64,000 nt of DNA, taken from assembly GCA_963729605.1 (NCBI GenBank), contig CAVSNY010000004.1, positions 256,001 to 320,000 of the forward strand. Direction: 5' to 3'. The notes below the pieces were generated by a model. The model was not told the DNA's origin. It was given only the letters and a program-made list of their open reading frames with translations, and did not search any database. Each line of letters starts with the position of its first letter. Position 1 is the first letter of the stretch. The DNA comes from an uncultured Gammaproteobacteria bacterium. GTDB lineage: Bacteria > Pseudomonadota > Gammaproteobacteria > DRLM01. Positions 51,559-62,154 of this stretch are shown piece by piece. A program made the position numbers and the translations under genes.

Positions 51559-52644
51559 TCAGCGCGTGGCGGCGTTGAGGGCGCCGTCCCCGTTCAAGGC
51601 GGACTGCACCTCGCCCAGCCGGCGGATTTTGGGTGTCGGCAATCCCCAGCGTTTGCCGAGTTGCCGCGCCGCCAGGCGGGCGCTCTCGGCGTCGGGATAA
51701 AGGCCGTGGATCAAAGTCTGGCGTCCGCCCTTCGTTGCGGGATAACGGGCGCCGCCTTGGATCCGGTGGCGGGTGACGAAGATGTTCACGGTGTCCGGCT
51801 CGGCGCTCAGCAATTCCACGGTGTAGCGCTCCGGCCGCTGCTGCAATATCCAGCGCGGGTCGTGTATGGCGATGGGCGGTTCGAGGGGCGGCAGGTTGCC
51901 CGCGCTGGCCTCGGCGTTGGCGAGTTGAGTCGCGGCCGGCGACGCAACGGCCTCCGCCGGTTTCGGCGACTGGAGTAGTGCGAGGGCCTCCTCCGCGGCG
52001 GGGGTACCGCGAAACTCTTCACTGATCGTATGGAGATGCGACACGGCGGCGGCGTCATCAGGTTGACTCAGTCCGGCCTTGGCGTGTTTGAGGTGGGTGA
52101 GCGCCAATTGCTGACGGAGGAAGGCCAGGTTGTGCAGGGCGTTTTCATTGAAATCGCTGGACGGGAAACGCTCGGAGATGTCCTGAAACAGCGCATAGGC
52201 CTCGCGCAGGGCGAGATCGTGTTGCTCGAGCGCGGCCCCGTCCTGTTGCACGGCCTGCCGCAAGGCCGCCGAGGCGCGCAGGTAATAGATGTAATCGGCG
52301 CGCGGATGCGCGGCGTAGCGTTGGATGAACTGGTCGCCGCTCTCCCGAGCCGCGGAATAGTCGCCTTGTTTGTAATAGGCATAGGTCAGTTCCAGGGCGG
52401 CCTGCGAACCATAGGGTTCCGGCGCGCCGTCGGCGAGGCGTTTGAGCTGAGCGGCGGCGGCGGTGAAATCCCCCGCCTCCAGGGCGCGGTGACCGTCGAG
52501 ATAGCCTTGGCGGAGGGCGGCGGGGTCCGCGCCGGCCGGTTTCCCGCTATGATGCGCGCAGCCGCCGCTCAAGGCGGCGAGCAGGCAGGCCGCGATGAGG
52601 CCGCGCGCGACAGGGGACATAGCGGTGGTCGTCAGCGTGTGCAT
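51559..52644 (-). CDS. BamD-like TPR lipoprotein with C-terminal SPOR-like domain
   Basis: LSGGC; PYGSQAALELTYAYYK...HPRADYIYYL parallels BamD; C-terminal WILQQRPERYTVEL...HGLYPDAESA resembles DamX SPOR. Confidence 0.72.
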   Translation of the reverse strand: MHTLTTTAMSPVARGLIAACLLAALSGGCAHHSGKPAGADPAALRQGYLDGHRALEAGDFTAAAAQLKRLADGAPEPYGSQAALELTYAYYKQGDYSAARESGDQFIQRYAAHPRADYIYYLRASAALRQAVQQDGAALEQHDLALREAYALFQDISERFPSSDFNENALHNLAFLRQQLALTHLKHAKAGLSQPDDAAAVSHLHTISEEFRGTPAAEEALALLQSPKPAEAVASPAATQLANAEASAGNLPPLEPPIAIHDPRWILQQRPERYTVELLSAEPDTVNIFVTRHRIQGGARYPATKGGRQTLIHGLYPDAESARLAARQLGKRWGLPTPKIRRLGEVQSALNGDGALNAATR

Positions 52645-52738
52645 TAGCGGTGGTGGCCGTGGGTGAGGAGGCAGGTTCCTGAGTCATTCATGCCCGCCCC
52701 GAATTATACTGGCTTTTTCCCAGGCGGATACGCATAAG

Positions 52739-53713
52739 GTGACTGACGTAAATAAAGCGCGGACGGCCAGGCTGTTGGCGGCCAAAGTGCCGCCGGAGGC
52801 GGCGGGGCGGCGGCTGGATCAGGTGTTGGTGGAGTTATTTCCCGATTATTCCCGCAGCCGTTTGCAGGCCTGGATCAAGGACGGCCAGGTGACGGTGGAC
52901 GGCCGTCTCCCCCGGCCGCGCGACAAACTGTGGGGCGGCGAGGCATTGGCGCTCAACGCGGTCGAGAGCGTGGAGACCCCGTGGGCGGGCGAGGCCATCC
53001 CCCTGCACGTGATCTATGAAGACCAGACGTTGCTCGTCATCGACAAGCCGGCGGGCCTGGTGGTGCACCCCGCCGCCGGCAACTGGGAGGGCACCCTGGT
53101 AAACGCCCTGCTGCATTACGCCCCCGAACTCGCCAATCTGCCCCGGGCCGGGGTGGTGCATCGCCTCGATAAAGACACTAGCGGCCTGCTGGTGGTGGCG
53201 CGCACGCTGGCGGCTCACAAAAGCCTGGTCGCGCAATTGCAGGCCCGCACCGTCAAGCGCGAATACGAGGCGGTGGCGGCGGGGGTGATGACCGCGGGCG
53301 GCACGGTGGAGGCGCCCATCGCCCGTCATCCGGTGGACCGCAAACGCATGGCGGTGGTGGGCGGCGGCCGCGAGGCGGTGAGTCATTATCGGGTGGTGCG
53401 GCGGTTTCGCGCCCACACTCACATCAAGGTGCGGCTCGAGACCGGCCGCACCCATCAGATCCGCGTCCACATGGCCCATATCCATTATCCGCTGCTGGGC
53501 GATCCCGTTTACGGCGGACGGTTGCGCATGCCGGCCGGATGCAGTGAGGCTTTACGCGAGGCGCTGCACGCTTTCAAACGCCAGGCCTTGCACGCGGGCG
53601 CGCTGGGTTTGGTGCATCCTGAGAGCGGCGAGGCGATGGACTGGCGGGTGCCGCTGCCGGCGGACATGCAAAATCTGTTGGAGGTGCTGGGTGACGACGC
53701 CGAGTCGGTCTGA
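52739..53713 (+). CDS. rluD: 23S rRNA pseudouridine synthase RluD
   Basis: S4 RLDQ...YSRS, VHRLDKDTSG, LETGRTHQIRVH, RQALHA. Confidence 0.96.
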   Translation: MTDVNKARTARLLAAKVPPEAAGRRLDQVLVELFPDYSRSRLQAWIKDGQVTVDGRLPRPRDKLWGGEALALNAVESVETPWAGEAIPLHVIYEDQTLLVIDKPAGLVVHPAAGNWEGTLVNALLHYAPELANLPRAGVVHRLDKDTSGLLVVARTLAAHKSLVAQLQARTVKREYEAVAAGVMTAGGTVEAPIARHPVDRKRMAVVGGGREAVSHYRVVRRFRAHTHIKVRLETGRTHQIRVHMAHIHYPLLGDPVYGGRLRMPAGCSEALREALHAFKRQALHAGALGLVHPESGEAMDWRVPLPADMQNLLEVLGDDAESV

Positions 53714-53723
53714 TGCGGTACAG

Positions 53724-54464
53724 ATGAGCTGGCTGCTGCCGGAGTGGCCCGCGCCGCCGCGGGTGCGCGCCTGCTCCACCACCCGCTTGGGCGGGGTGAG
53801 CGAGGGGCCGTACGCCTCGCTCAATCTCGCCGGCCACGTCGGTGATGGCGCCGCGCGCGTACTGGAAAACCGCCGCCGTTTACACGCGGCTTTGCAGCTG
53901 CCTTCCGAACCCTTGTGGCTGCAACAGGTGCACGGCGTCGCCGCCGTGGACGCCCGTTGCGGCAAAGCCGAATGCGAGGCCGACGCGAGTTATACCGGGC
54001 AGTCCGGCGTGGTGTGCGCGGTGCTTACCGCCGATTGTCTGCCGCTGTTGTTGTGCGACGTGGACGGCGGCGTGGTGGCCGCGGCCCACGCCGGTTGGCG
54101 CGGCCTGCTCGACGGCGTGATCGAAAACACCGTGCGCGCCATGCACCGGCCGGGTTCACGCATCTTGGCGTGGCTGGGACCGGCGATCGGCCCCGCGGCC
54201 TTCGAAGTGGGCGATGAAGTCCGCGCGGCCTTCGTCGCCCGCGACCCGCTCGCCGCCGCCGCGTTTCGCCCTACCCCGGCGGGCCGCTGGCTGGCGGACA
54301 TCTATCAACTGGCGCGCCAGCGTTTGAGCGAGGTGGGGGTCGAGGCCGTGTACGGCGGACATTGGTGCACCGTGAGCGACCCGGCGCGTTTTTATTCCTA
54401 CCGCCGCGATCGCGTGACCGGCCGCATGGCGAGTCTGATCTGGCTGGACAGCCGGGGCGAATAA
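53724..54464 (+). CDS. pgeF: Peptidoglycan editing factor PgeF (YfiH)
   Basis: WLQQVHG, TADCLP, HAGWRG, GPAIG, FYSYRR; follows rluD. Confidence 0.94.
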   Translation: MSWLLPEWPAPPRVRACSTTRLGGVSEGPYASLNLAGHVGDGAARVLENRRRLHAALQLPSEPLWLQQVHGVAAVDARCGKAECEADASYTGQSGVVCAVLTADCLPLLLCDVDGGVVAAAHAGWRGLLDGVIENTVRAMHRPGSRILAWLGPAIGPAAFEVGDEVRAAFVARDPLAAAAFRPTPAGRWLADIYQLARQRLSEVGVEAVYGGHWCTVSDPARFYSYRRDRVTGRMASLIWLDSRGE

Positions 54465-54514
54465 GGTAAACTGCCCCGCTTTCCTTGCCACGGCTATCGG
54501 CTGCGATCATCTCC

Positions 54515-55294
54515 ATGAGCTTAATCACCTGGATCATCCTGTTCTGTCTGATAGGCGGTGTCGTCAGCGTGCTGGCGGCCGCGGCGTTTTTGTTGTTCCC
54601 GGAAAAGGTGCGCGCGCGCTTATTGCCTCACTTCATCAGCTACGCCATCGGCGCGCTGCTCGGCGCGGCCTTTCTCGCCCTGCTGCCCCATGCCTTGGAG
54701 GGCCCGGGGGTGGCCGACGTCCATCACATCAGCCTCACCGTGCTGCTGGGCGTGCTGGGATTTTTCCTGCTGGAGAAAATGGTGCTGTGGCGGCATTGCC
54801 ATCACGACCACTGCGAGGCCCATGACCCGGTGATGCCGGTCACCAATAAGTCGGCGGGCACCATCGTGATGATCGGCGACACCGTGCACAATTTCGTGGA
54901 CGGCATCCTGATCGCGGCGGCCTTTCTCACCGACATCCACCTCGGCGTGGTCACCGCCATCGCCGTCGCCGCCCACGAAATTCCGCAGGAACTGGGCGAC
55001 TTCGCGGTCTTGCTGCACAGCGGTTTCAGCCGCGGCCAAGCCTTGTTGTTCAACGGGCTGTCCGGTTTGGCGACCGTGGCGGGCGGCCTGATCGCCTATT
55101 ACGGCTTGCAGAACTACGACCAGGTATTGCCTTACGCCTTGGCCATCGCCGCCTCGAGTTTCATTTATGTCGCCGTCGCCGATCTGATACCCGGCTTGCA
55201 TAAACGCATGGAAATGACCGCGACCGTCCAGCAAGTGAGTTTGATCTCGGCGGGTGTGCTGACGATTTATCTGGTCCACGGCACGCTGCATTGA
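54515..55294 (+). CDS. ZIP family metal transporter
   Basis: WRHCHHDH loop, GDTVHNFVDG, AHEIPQELGDF. Confidence 0.92.
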   Translation: MSLITWIILFCLIGGVVSVLAAAAFLLFPEKVRARLLPHFISYAIGALLGAAFLALLPHALEGPGVADVHHISLTVLLGVLGFFLLEKMVLWRHCHHDHCEAHDPVMPVTNKSAGTIVMIGDTVHNFVDGILIAAAFLTDIHLGVVTAIAVAAHEIPQELGDFAVLLHSGFSRGQALLFNGLSGLATVAGGLIAYYGLQNYDQVLPYALAIAASSFIYVAVADLIPGLHKRMEMTATVQQVSLISAGVLTIYLVHGTLH

Positions 55295-55389
55295 TCGCGC
55301 GGCGGCGCTGGATTCGGTTATTCAAAGGGCCGGCCGGAACCTGTCCCGAAATTGAAATCGATAGATGCAAACCGGACTGACGCGTCATG

Positions 55390-55920
55390 CCAACCTCTCT
55401 TCCGCGGGCGGGGGAGGGAAAGGGCGATGAATTCTGATATCTGATTTTCACCAACCCCTCGCGCGCGGGCGGGAGAGGGTGCCTGATATTGATATGCGGG
55501 ATGCAGCTAACCAACCCCTCGCGCGCGGGCGGGAGAGGGGCCTCAATCCGATGGATCGCCTGCGGTTCCTGGCAATCCCTCGTGCACGGGCGAGAGAAGG
55601 AGATATCGCGTTAATGATTTGCGCGATCGTGCAACCCCCTCTCCCGCAGGCGGGAGAGGGAGGGGGTGAGGGCGCCGGGATGACCGCCATCATTACGCAA
55701 AAACGCTTTATCTCCTCTCTATTCTTACGCGCCAACCTCGCTCTTACGCGCCGACCTCGCCACCCTGGCCATTGCGAGTCCTCCCCGCGCGCAAGGGAAC
55801 GGAGCAACCTTCGACAAGATCGAATGGGGCATCCGCGAATTCTCCCCGCGCGCAAGGGAATGGAAAAATGATTTTCCTGCGCCCGCCGCCGATTGTCCCC
55901 GCCCGCCCGCGAGAGAAGGT
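55390..55920. repeat. Array of about 8 palindromic 29-30 bp repeats at 59-61 bp period with unique spacers
   Basis: Copies of CCAACCCCTCGCGCGCGGGCGGGAGAGGG or variants at 55390, 55451, 55511, 55572, 55631; second variant at 55774 and 55835; degenerate copy near 55893. Confidence 0.85.
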
Positions 55921-56152
55921 ATTCTGAGATTTTTCCGCGTTGAACGGACGAGGTTAGGTTGACCCGGTTACTCAAGTATTCAAACTTCGCGAAATCCCAA
56001 CGGGCCGCGGCGCCGTCACCTGGCGTTCGGCGCCATACGCCGTCCTCCAGCGTATTCTCTGCAAATTGCGAAAAAGTACATTGCCCGCCGCGGGCGGTTT
56101 GCAGTAGCGTAACGAGCACACATCGACAAGCCGTCATGAGGAGAAAAGCGCC

Positions 56153-56674
56153 ATGAAACGCTGGTACATGTTAACCGTGGTCGGCAAAGACCGGCCGGGC
56201 ATCGTCGCCCATGTCACCGCCGCGCTCTACGAAGGTGGCTGCAATCTCGGCGAGGCCTCCATGATGCGTCTCGGCGGCAGCTTCACCATCATGCTCATGG
56301 TGCAACACCCAGGCACGGCCAAAAGCCTGGAGCAGCTACTGGAGACGGTGATCGATTCCATGGACCTGCACATGCACATCGACGCCATCGAAGGCCGTCT
56401 GCACCAACACCTGCTGCCCGATGTGCGCATTACGGTATTCGGCGCCGACAAGCCCGGCATCGTCGCCAAGATCACCGGCGCCTTGTCCAACGCCGGCCTG
56501 CACATCCTCAATCTGGAATCCGACGTCGGCGGCAGCGATGTCCATCCTATTTACATCATGCACATCGAAGGGCAGGCCGGCGCGGGTCTCGACGCCTTGC
56601 GCTCCGCCTTGCAAGTGGCGGCGGGCGAGGGCGTCGAGACCAGCCTCACCGCCATCGACACCTTGGTGGGCTAG
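56153..56674 (+). CDS. Tandem ACT-domain protein (GcvR-like)
   Basis: GKDRPGIVA and GADKPGIVA ACT motifs. Confidence 0.88.
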   Translation: MKRWYMLTVVGKDRPGIVAHVTAALYEGGCNLGEASMMRLGGSFTIMLMVQHPGTAKSLEQLLETVIDSMDLHMHIDAIEGRLHQHLLPDVRITVFGADKPGIVAKITGALSNAGLHILNLESDVGGSDVHPIYIMHIEGQAGAGLDALRSALQVAAGEGVETSLTAIDTLVG

Positions 56675-56676
56675 GC

Positions 56677-57180
56677 ATGGCGGTATTGGAAATCCTCACC
56701 TACCCGGACCCGCGGCTCGCTCAGGAGTCGCAAGCGGTCGCCGAATTCGACGACGCGTTGCGCGCCTTCGTCGCCGATCTGGAAGAAACCATGCGCGCCG
56801 GTCCCGGCGCGGTCGGCATCGCCGCGCCGCAGGTGGGACGCATCCAGCGCATCGTCATCGTCGATTGCTCGGGCAAGAAAAATCTCGCCACCGACCACGG
56901 CCGCATGATCCTGATCAATCCCGAGATCACCGAATGGGACGGCTTCGCCGTCGGCCGCGAAGGCTGCCTGTCCGTACCCGACTTCACCGGCAACGTCATC
57001 CGCGCCGAACGCATCGCGCTCGAAGCGCGCGACGAACACGGCGAAAGCCTGCAATTCAAGTTCGAAGGGTATGAAGCGCGCGCGGTGCAGCATGAGATCG
57101 ATCATCTCGACGGCCTGCTGTTTCTCGACCGGTTGGTGAGCCGGCGCAATGACTTGTTCAAGCGGAAGACGTATAAATAA
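56677..57180 (+). CDS. def: Peptide deformylase
   Basis: GIAAPQVG, EGCLS, QHEIDHLDG. Confidence 0.96.
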   Translation: MAVLEILTYPDPRLAQESQAVAEFDDALRAFVADLEETMRAGPGAVGIAAPQVGRIQRIVIVDCSGKKNLATDHGRMILINPEITEWDGFAVGREGCLSVPDFTGNVIRAERIALEARDEHGESLQFKFEGYEARAVQHEIDHLDGLLFLDRLVSRRNDLFKRKTYK

Positions 57181-57213
57181 AGCAAGCATCCTCGACCGTG
57201 ATCCGCGGCCGCA

Positions 57214-57741
57214 TCAATGGGCGTCTTTCTTGCCTTCCGACATGCGGTCCATCACCGCGAACAACACCCCGGATACCACCAGCACCATGTGAATGGCGAC
57301 CTTCCAGATCAGTTGCTGCTGGCCGTTGTCTTTCGCCAGGATGTCGTCCATGTTGACGAAGGCCTTCAACAATTCGATGGCGGAGATGGCCACGATGGAG
57401 CCGATGAGCTTGAGCTTGAGGGCGGAGAAATCGACCTTGCCCATCCAATCGGGGCGGTCCACGTGGCCGGCGGAGTCGATCTTCGATACGAAGTTTTCAT
57501 AACCGCTGAAGATGATGATGATCAGCAGATTGGCCACCAGCGCCATGTCCACCAGGGTGAGGATGGAGAGAATGGTGGCGCTCTCGCTGGATTCGATGAT
57601 GCCGGGCGCGAAGTGCAGAAATTCCTGAACGAACTTCACCAGCAGCACGACGATGGACAAGACCAGCCCGACATAAAACGGGGCCAGCAGCCAGCGGCTG
57701 TTGAAGATGAGTACCTCTAAAATTTTTTCTATCTTTTGCAT
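57214..57741 (-). CDS. UPF0114 (TIGR00645/YqhA) membrane protein
   Basis: SRWLLAPFY, SGYENFVSK, LKLKLIGSIVAISAIELL. Confidence 0.9.
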   Translation of the reverse strand: MQKIEKILEVLIFNSRWLLAPFYVGLVLSIVVLLVKFVQEFLHFAPGIIESSESATILSILTLVDMALVANLLIIIIFSGYENFVSKIDSAGHVDRPDWMGKVDFSALKLKLIGSIVAISAIELLKAFVNMDDILAKDNGQQQLIWKVAIHMVLVVSGVLFAVMDRMSEGKKDAH

Positions 57742-57986
57742 GATGAGTAACCGCGCAGTGATGGACAGTAGAGCGCCGCCATGGCGCCGTGGGTCGGGGC
57801 ATTGCAGCGATTCCCCACGAAGTATAGAGAATACACCGGCCCTTGCAATGTCCGCGGTTTATTCCTTAGCCCTTTATCCCAGATTCCCGGCCAGACGTCA
57901 TGCAGGGCATCCGGAAGTCGCCGCTTCAGTAGTCGCCGGCCGCGGTCGATGCAGTCATCAACACCATTCGTTGTTACAGGGCTACC

Positions 57987-59360
57987 ATGCAGGCCGCACA
58001 TCCAATACCGGCACCACACACGCCCCGGCTTTTACTCTCGGAGCTGATCGGCGCGTTGACCTATGCGTTGGACCTCACCGAGGGTCAGCCGCCGGGGCAT
58101 TCCCTGCGCTGTTGCTGGATCGGATTCCACGTCGGCCGCAAACTCGGCATGGTGCCGTCGGCGCTTTGGGAACTCTATTACACGTTATTGTTGAAGGATG
58201 CGGGTTGCAGCAGCAACGCGGCGCGGCTCTGCGAACTGTATGGCAGCGACGACCGGCTTGCCAAACACGATTTCAAGACCGTCGATACCGACGATATTTC
58301 GCAACTGGTGCAATTCGTCCTGGCCCACACCGGCGTCAAAGGACCATTGGCGGAGCGTTTCAAAAAACTGCTGCATCTGGCCCGGCACGGCGAACGCCTC
58401 GCCACCGAACTCATTCAAACCCGTTGCGACCGCGGCGCGCAAATCGCCCGCCAACTGGGTTTCGGCGAAGCCGTCGCCTCGGGTATTTTTTCCTTGGATG
58501 AACATTGGAACGGCCGCGGCAAGCCGCAGCGGCTCGCGGGCAAGGACATTCCGATCAACGCCCGAATCGCCTTGCTCGCCCAAGTCATCGATGTATTTCA
58601 TCACATGGGCGGCGCGCGGACCGCGTTGGATGAGGTGCGCAAGCGGCGCGGCAGCTGGTTCGATCCGGAGCTGGTGGATATCGTCTTGAGTTTTGAGCAT
58701 CAGCAGGACTTCTGGGCGGCGTTGCACGACGAGGATATTCGCCCGAGAGTCGTGGCGCTCGAACCCGAGTCGCGGGTGATGGCGGTGGACGACGATAGCA
58801 TGGATAGAATCGCCGAGGCCTTCAGCCAGGTGATCGATGCCAAGAGTCCCTACACCTCGGGCCACAGCGCGCGCGTCGCGCTGTATACCGATATGCTGGC
58901 CGCCAAGTTCGGGTTTGACGAATCCCGCCGCCGCTGGCTGAAGCGGGGTGCGCTGCTGCATGATCTCGGCAAACTCGGCGTCAGCAATTCGGTGCTGGAT
59001 AAGGCCGGCGCCTTGAGCGACGAGGAATGGAAAGAGGTGCGCATGCACCCGGTTTATACTCAGCAGATCTTGGCGCTGATCGCGCCGTTCCAGGATTTGG
59101 CCGTGGTGGCGGGCGCGCATCATGAACGCTTGGACGGCAAGGGTTATCCCAATAATCTGGTCGCCGCCGACTTGAATCTCGAAACCCGCATGATCACCCT
59201 ATGCGACATCTTCGACGCCATCACCGCCGACCGCCCTTATCGCGGCCCTATCCCGGTGCCGCAAGCCTTGGAGATGATGGGACGAATGGTCGGCACCGCG
59301 CTTGATCCCGATTGCTACGCGTTGTTCGCCGAGTGTACGCGCGAGATACAAATGCCCTGA
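57987..59360 (+). CDS. Tandem HD / HD-GYP phosphodiesterase
   Basis: N-terminal degenerate HD (LLKDAG); C-terminal LLHDLGK, HHERLDGKGYP, DRPYR. Confidence 0.92.
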   Translation: MQAAHPIPAPHTPRLLLSELIGALTYALDLTEGQPPGHSLRCCWIGFHVGRKLGMVPSALWELYYTLLLKDAGCSSNAARLCELYGSDDRLAKHDFKTVDTDDISQLVQFVLAHTGVKGPLAERFKKLLHLARHGERLATELIQTRCDRGAQIARQLGFGEAVASGIFSLDEHWNGRGKPQRLAGKDIPINARIALLAQVIDVFHHMGGARTALDEVRKRRGSWFDPELVDIVLSFEHQQDFWAALHDEDIRPRVVALEPESRVMAVDDDSMDRIAEAFSQVIDAKSPYTSGHSARVALYTDMLAAKFGFDESRRRWLKRGALLHDLGKLGVSNSVLDKAGALSDEEWKEVRMHPVYTQQILALIAPFQDLAVVAGAHHERLDGKGYPNNLVAADLNLETRMITLCDIFDAITADRPYRGPIPVPQALEMMGRMVGTALDPDCYALFAECTREIQMP

Positions 59361-59619
59361 TTTTTCGCCAAGCTTTAATTATTGAACCGTGTTATGTTTT
59401 ACCGCGTCGCATAAAAGCGATGATCTTCTTTGTAAATTTTACAAAGCCCGGCGCGACGAAATGCGCGCCCGTTGTTTTTCTCCGCAAACAAATCCCATCC
59501 TGAATTTCACGTTGGCACGCCATGGCCGGACTGCTACGATGATCAACGTAAACGGGAACCTGTCGCGCATCCTCCGCTGGATAACGAGGACAGCGGCTAA
59601 GCGGGTAGGGGGAAGAATA

Positions 59620-61555
59620 ATGACGAACAAATTGCTGCGTGCCCTCCAGACGGGCAACGCCATGCCGCATCGTCGGGCTTGTATTTTATTGTTGATGGCT
59701 ATGCAAACTTACACCGGCGTCACCGCGAAAATGACTTTCGCCGCCGACGAACTCGCCGATTTAAGTCTAGAGCAGTTGGGCAACATCGTAGTCACCTCGG
59801 TGTCGCGGCGCGAGCAGTCGCTCGGTTCCGCCGCCGCTTCGGTTTACGTCATCAACGCCGAGGACATCCGCCGCGCGGGCGTGACCAGTCTTCCCGAAGC
59901 CTTGCGGCTCGCTCCCAATCTCCAGGTCGCCCGCACCGACGCCAATCAATACGCGATCAGCAGCCGCGGTTTCAATAACCCGACCGCCAACCGTCTGCTG
60001 GTCATGATCGACGGCCGCACCGTTTACAGCCCGCTTTTTTCCGGGGTGTTCTGGGACGTGCAGGATGTCATGCTCAAAGATATCGACCGCATCGAAGTCA
60101 TCAGCGGTCCGGGCGCCACTTTATGGGGTGCCAATGCGGTGAACGGCGTCATCAATGTCATTACCCGTCACGCCGGCGATACCCAAGGCGGACTGGTCGC
60201 CCTGGGCGCGGGTTCCCGGCTCGACGGCGGCGCGGCGCGTTATGGCGGAAAATTCGGCGACGACGGCCATTTCCGCGTTTACGGTAAATACTTCGAGCGC
60301 GATCATGCGGAGCGGGCCGACGGCAGCGCGGTACGAGACGCGTCCGAACGGGGTCAAGCGGGATTCCGCGCCGACTGGGGCAGTCCGCACCGCGCCTTCA
60401 CGATACAAGGCGATGCTTATCGGGCCGATATCGAACAGCAAGTCGGCGGTTCCCGTGATCTCGCCGGCGCCAATCTGCTGGCGCGTTGGACCGAACAGCG
60501 CGCCGACGGCTCTACGTTGCGCGTCCAGACTTATTACGATCGGTCCGAACGCGATCAGCCGGGCGTTTTCCACAAAACCTTGGAGATCGCCGACCTGGAA
60601 TTCCAGCACGGCCTGCTGCCGGCCAAGGACCATTGGCTGTTGTGGGGCGGCGGTTACCGCTACGGTTACGATGATCTCGAAGACCAGAATCCCGCCGCCT
60701 TGGCCTTCATGCCGGAGGACCAACGATTGCACTGGTATCACCTGTTCATCCAGGATCAATGGGACCTGCGTTCCGACCTGGCGCTGACCGCCGGCATCAA
60801 AGGCGAGCACAATGATTACACCGGCTGGGAATGGTTGCCCAATCTCCGCCTGGCCTGGGCATTTCGCAAAAATCAATTGGCGTGGGGCGCCATCTCGCGG
60901 GTGGTACGTGCGCCGTCGCGTCTGGATCGGGAGTTGTTCGTGCCCGGCACTCCGCCTTATACCCTGGCCGGCGGTCCTGGTTTCCGTTCGGAAATCGCGC
61001 GGGTCGTCGAGCTCGGCTACCGGTTGCAACCGGCCGATGCCTATTCGCTTTCGATTACCGCATTCCATCACCAGCACGACCGGGTGCGCAGCTACAATCC
61101 GGACACCCGCGTTTTGGAAAATCAGATAAAAGGCGATAGTTACGGCGTCGAGGCTTGGGGTACCTACCAGGTGACGTCCACCTGGAATCTCCATGCCGGT
61201 TGGACCGAGCTGCGCCGGGATTTGCGCAGTACCGAGCGCGAGCAGTACTATCGGCCCCAGTAGCGCCTTGCTTGGCAACGACCCGCGACGCTGGATCACA
61301 TTGCGTTCCACCATGGAAATCACGCCGAGACATGAGTTCGATATTACGGCGCGCTACGTCGGGGCGCTTCCATCGCCCGGCCTCGCCGCGTATACCGCCG
61401 TCGACGCCAGATTGGGCTGGCAGGCCCGCGAAAATTTGCAGCTTTCCTTGTTGATACAAAATTTATTCGACCCCGCGCATCCCGAATGGGGAACCGCCGC
61501 CAGTCCCGTGGAATATCCCCGCAGTGTGTTTTTCGAGGCCGTTTGGCGTCCATGA
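59620..61555 (+). pseudogene. TonB-dependent receptor with +1 frameshift near 61230 (real or sequencing error)
   Basis: LSLEQL, LRLAPNL, LVMIDGR, RIEVISGPGATLWGANAVNGVINVIT; final barrel strands (DARLGW, QNLFD) continue in the next frame to 61555. Confidence 0.85.
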
Positions 61556-62154
61556 GAGTTAGCCGTTTTTCCGTGTTGGCGCGCGCCGCTCGCCCCCCGG
61601 CAGGCCGGCTGTGGGCCATGGTGGTGATGCTCGCCGTGTTTGGCCTCTTGCTGCACAGCGGCGGGGTGCAGGCCGAATCGGAACAGGTATTGGAGCGGCA
61701 AGTTAAAGCGGCTTTTCTCTACCGTTTCACGGAATTCATTACCTGGCCCGAAGAGGTGTCGCCGACGCCCAACCGGCCGTTCGTCATCGCGGTGATCGGC
61801 CCCGATTCGTTGGCCGATGGGTTGCGCCAGGTGGTTTTCGGACGGGCCGTCCAGAACCGCCCCGTGGAGGTCCGCCGTCTGAGCGGTGACAGCGGCTTTA
61901 CCGATGAGAGCATCATCTTTGTCAGTGACGAGCAGCGGCAGCGCTTACCGCATGTCGTCCGCGCCGCGCCGCGCGGCGCGCTCATCGTCACCGAGTCCAA
62001 CGGCGCCTTGTCCTTGGGCAGCATCATCAACTTCGTCTTGGTGGACGGCCGTGTCCGTTTTGAAATCGCCTTGGATGCCGCCGAACGCCGTGGTTTGCGT
62101 CTCAGTTCGCGCCTGCTTGCCGTGGCGCGGACGGTGCGTACCGGGACTCCCTGA
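61552..62154 (+). CDS. YfiR/DUF4154 periplasmic regulator
   Basis: VKAAFLYRFTEFITWP, INFVLVDGRVRFEI, LSSRLL; ATGA overlap. Confidence 0.88.
   Translation: MRVSRFSVLARAARPPAGRLWAMVVMLAVFGLLLHSGGVQAESEQVLERQVKAAFLYRFTEFITWPEEVSPTPNRPFVIAVIGPDSLADGLRQVVFGRAVQNRPVEVRRLSGDSGFTDESIIFVSDEQRQRLPHVVRAAPRGALIVTESNGALSLGSIINFVLVDGRVRFEIALDAAERRGLRLSSRLLAVARTVRTGTP

Noticed and set aside
55723-55760. 19-bp tandem duplication TCTTACGCGCC(A/G)ACCTCGC
   Set aside because: Ordinary slippage duplication within the repeat region; no spacer.
55448-56137. ORFs across the repeat array
   Set aside because: Translations are repeat-derived (LSRPRARGW) with no domain.
57795-57855. Inverted repeat GGGCATTGCA...TGCAATGTCC upstream of the HD-GYP gene as a c-di-GMP riboswitch
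   Set aside because: Lacks the GEMM conserved blocks.
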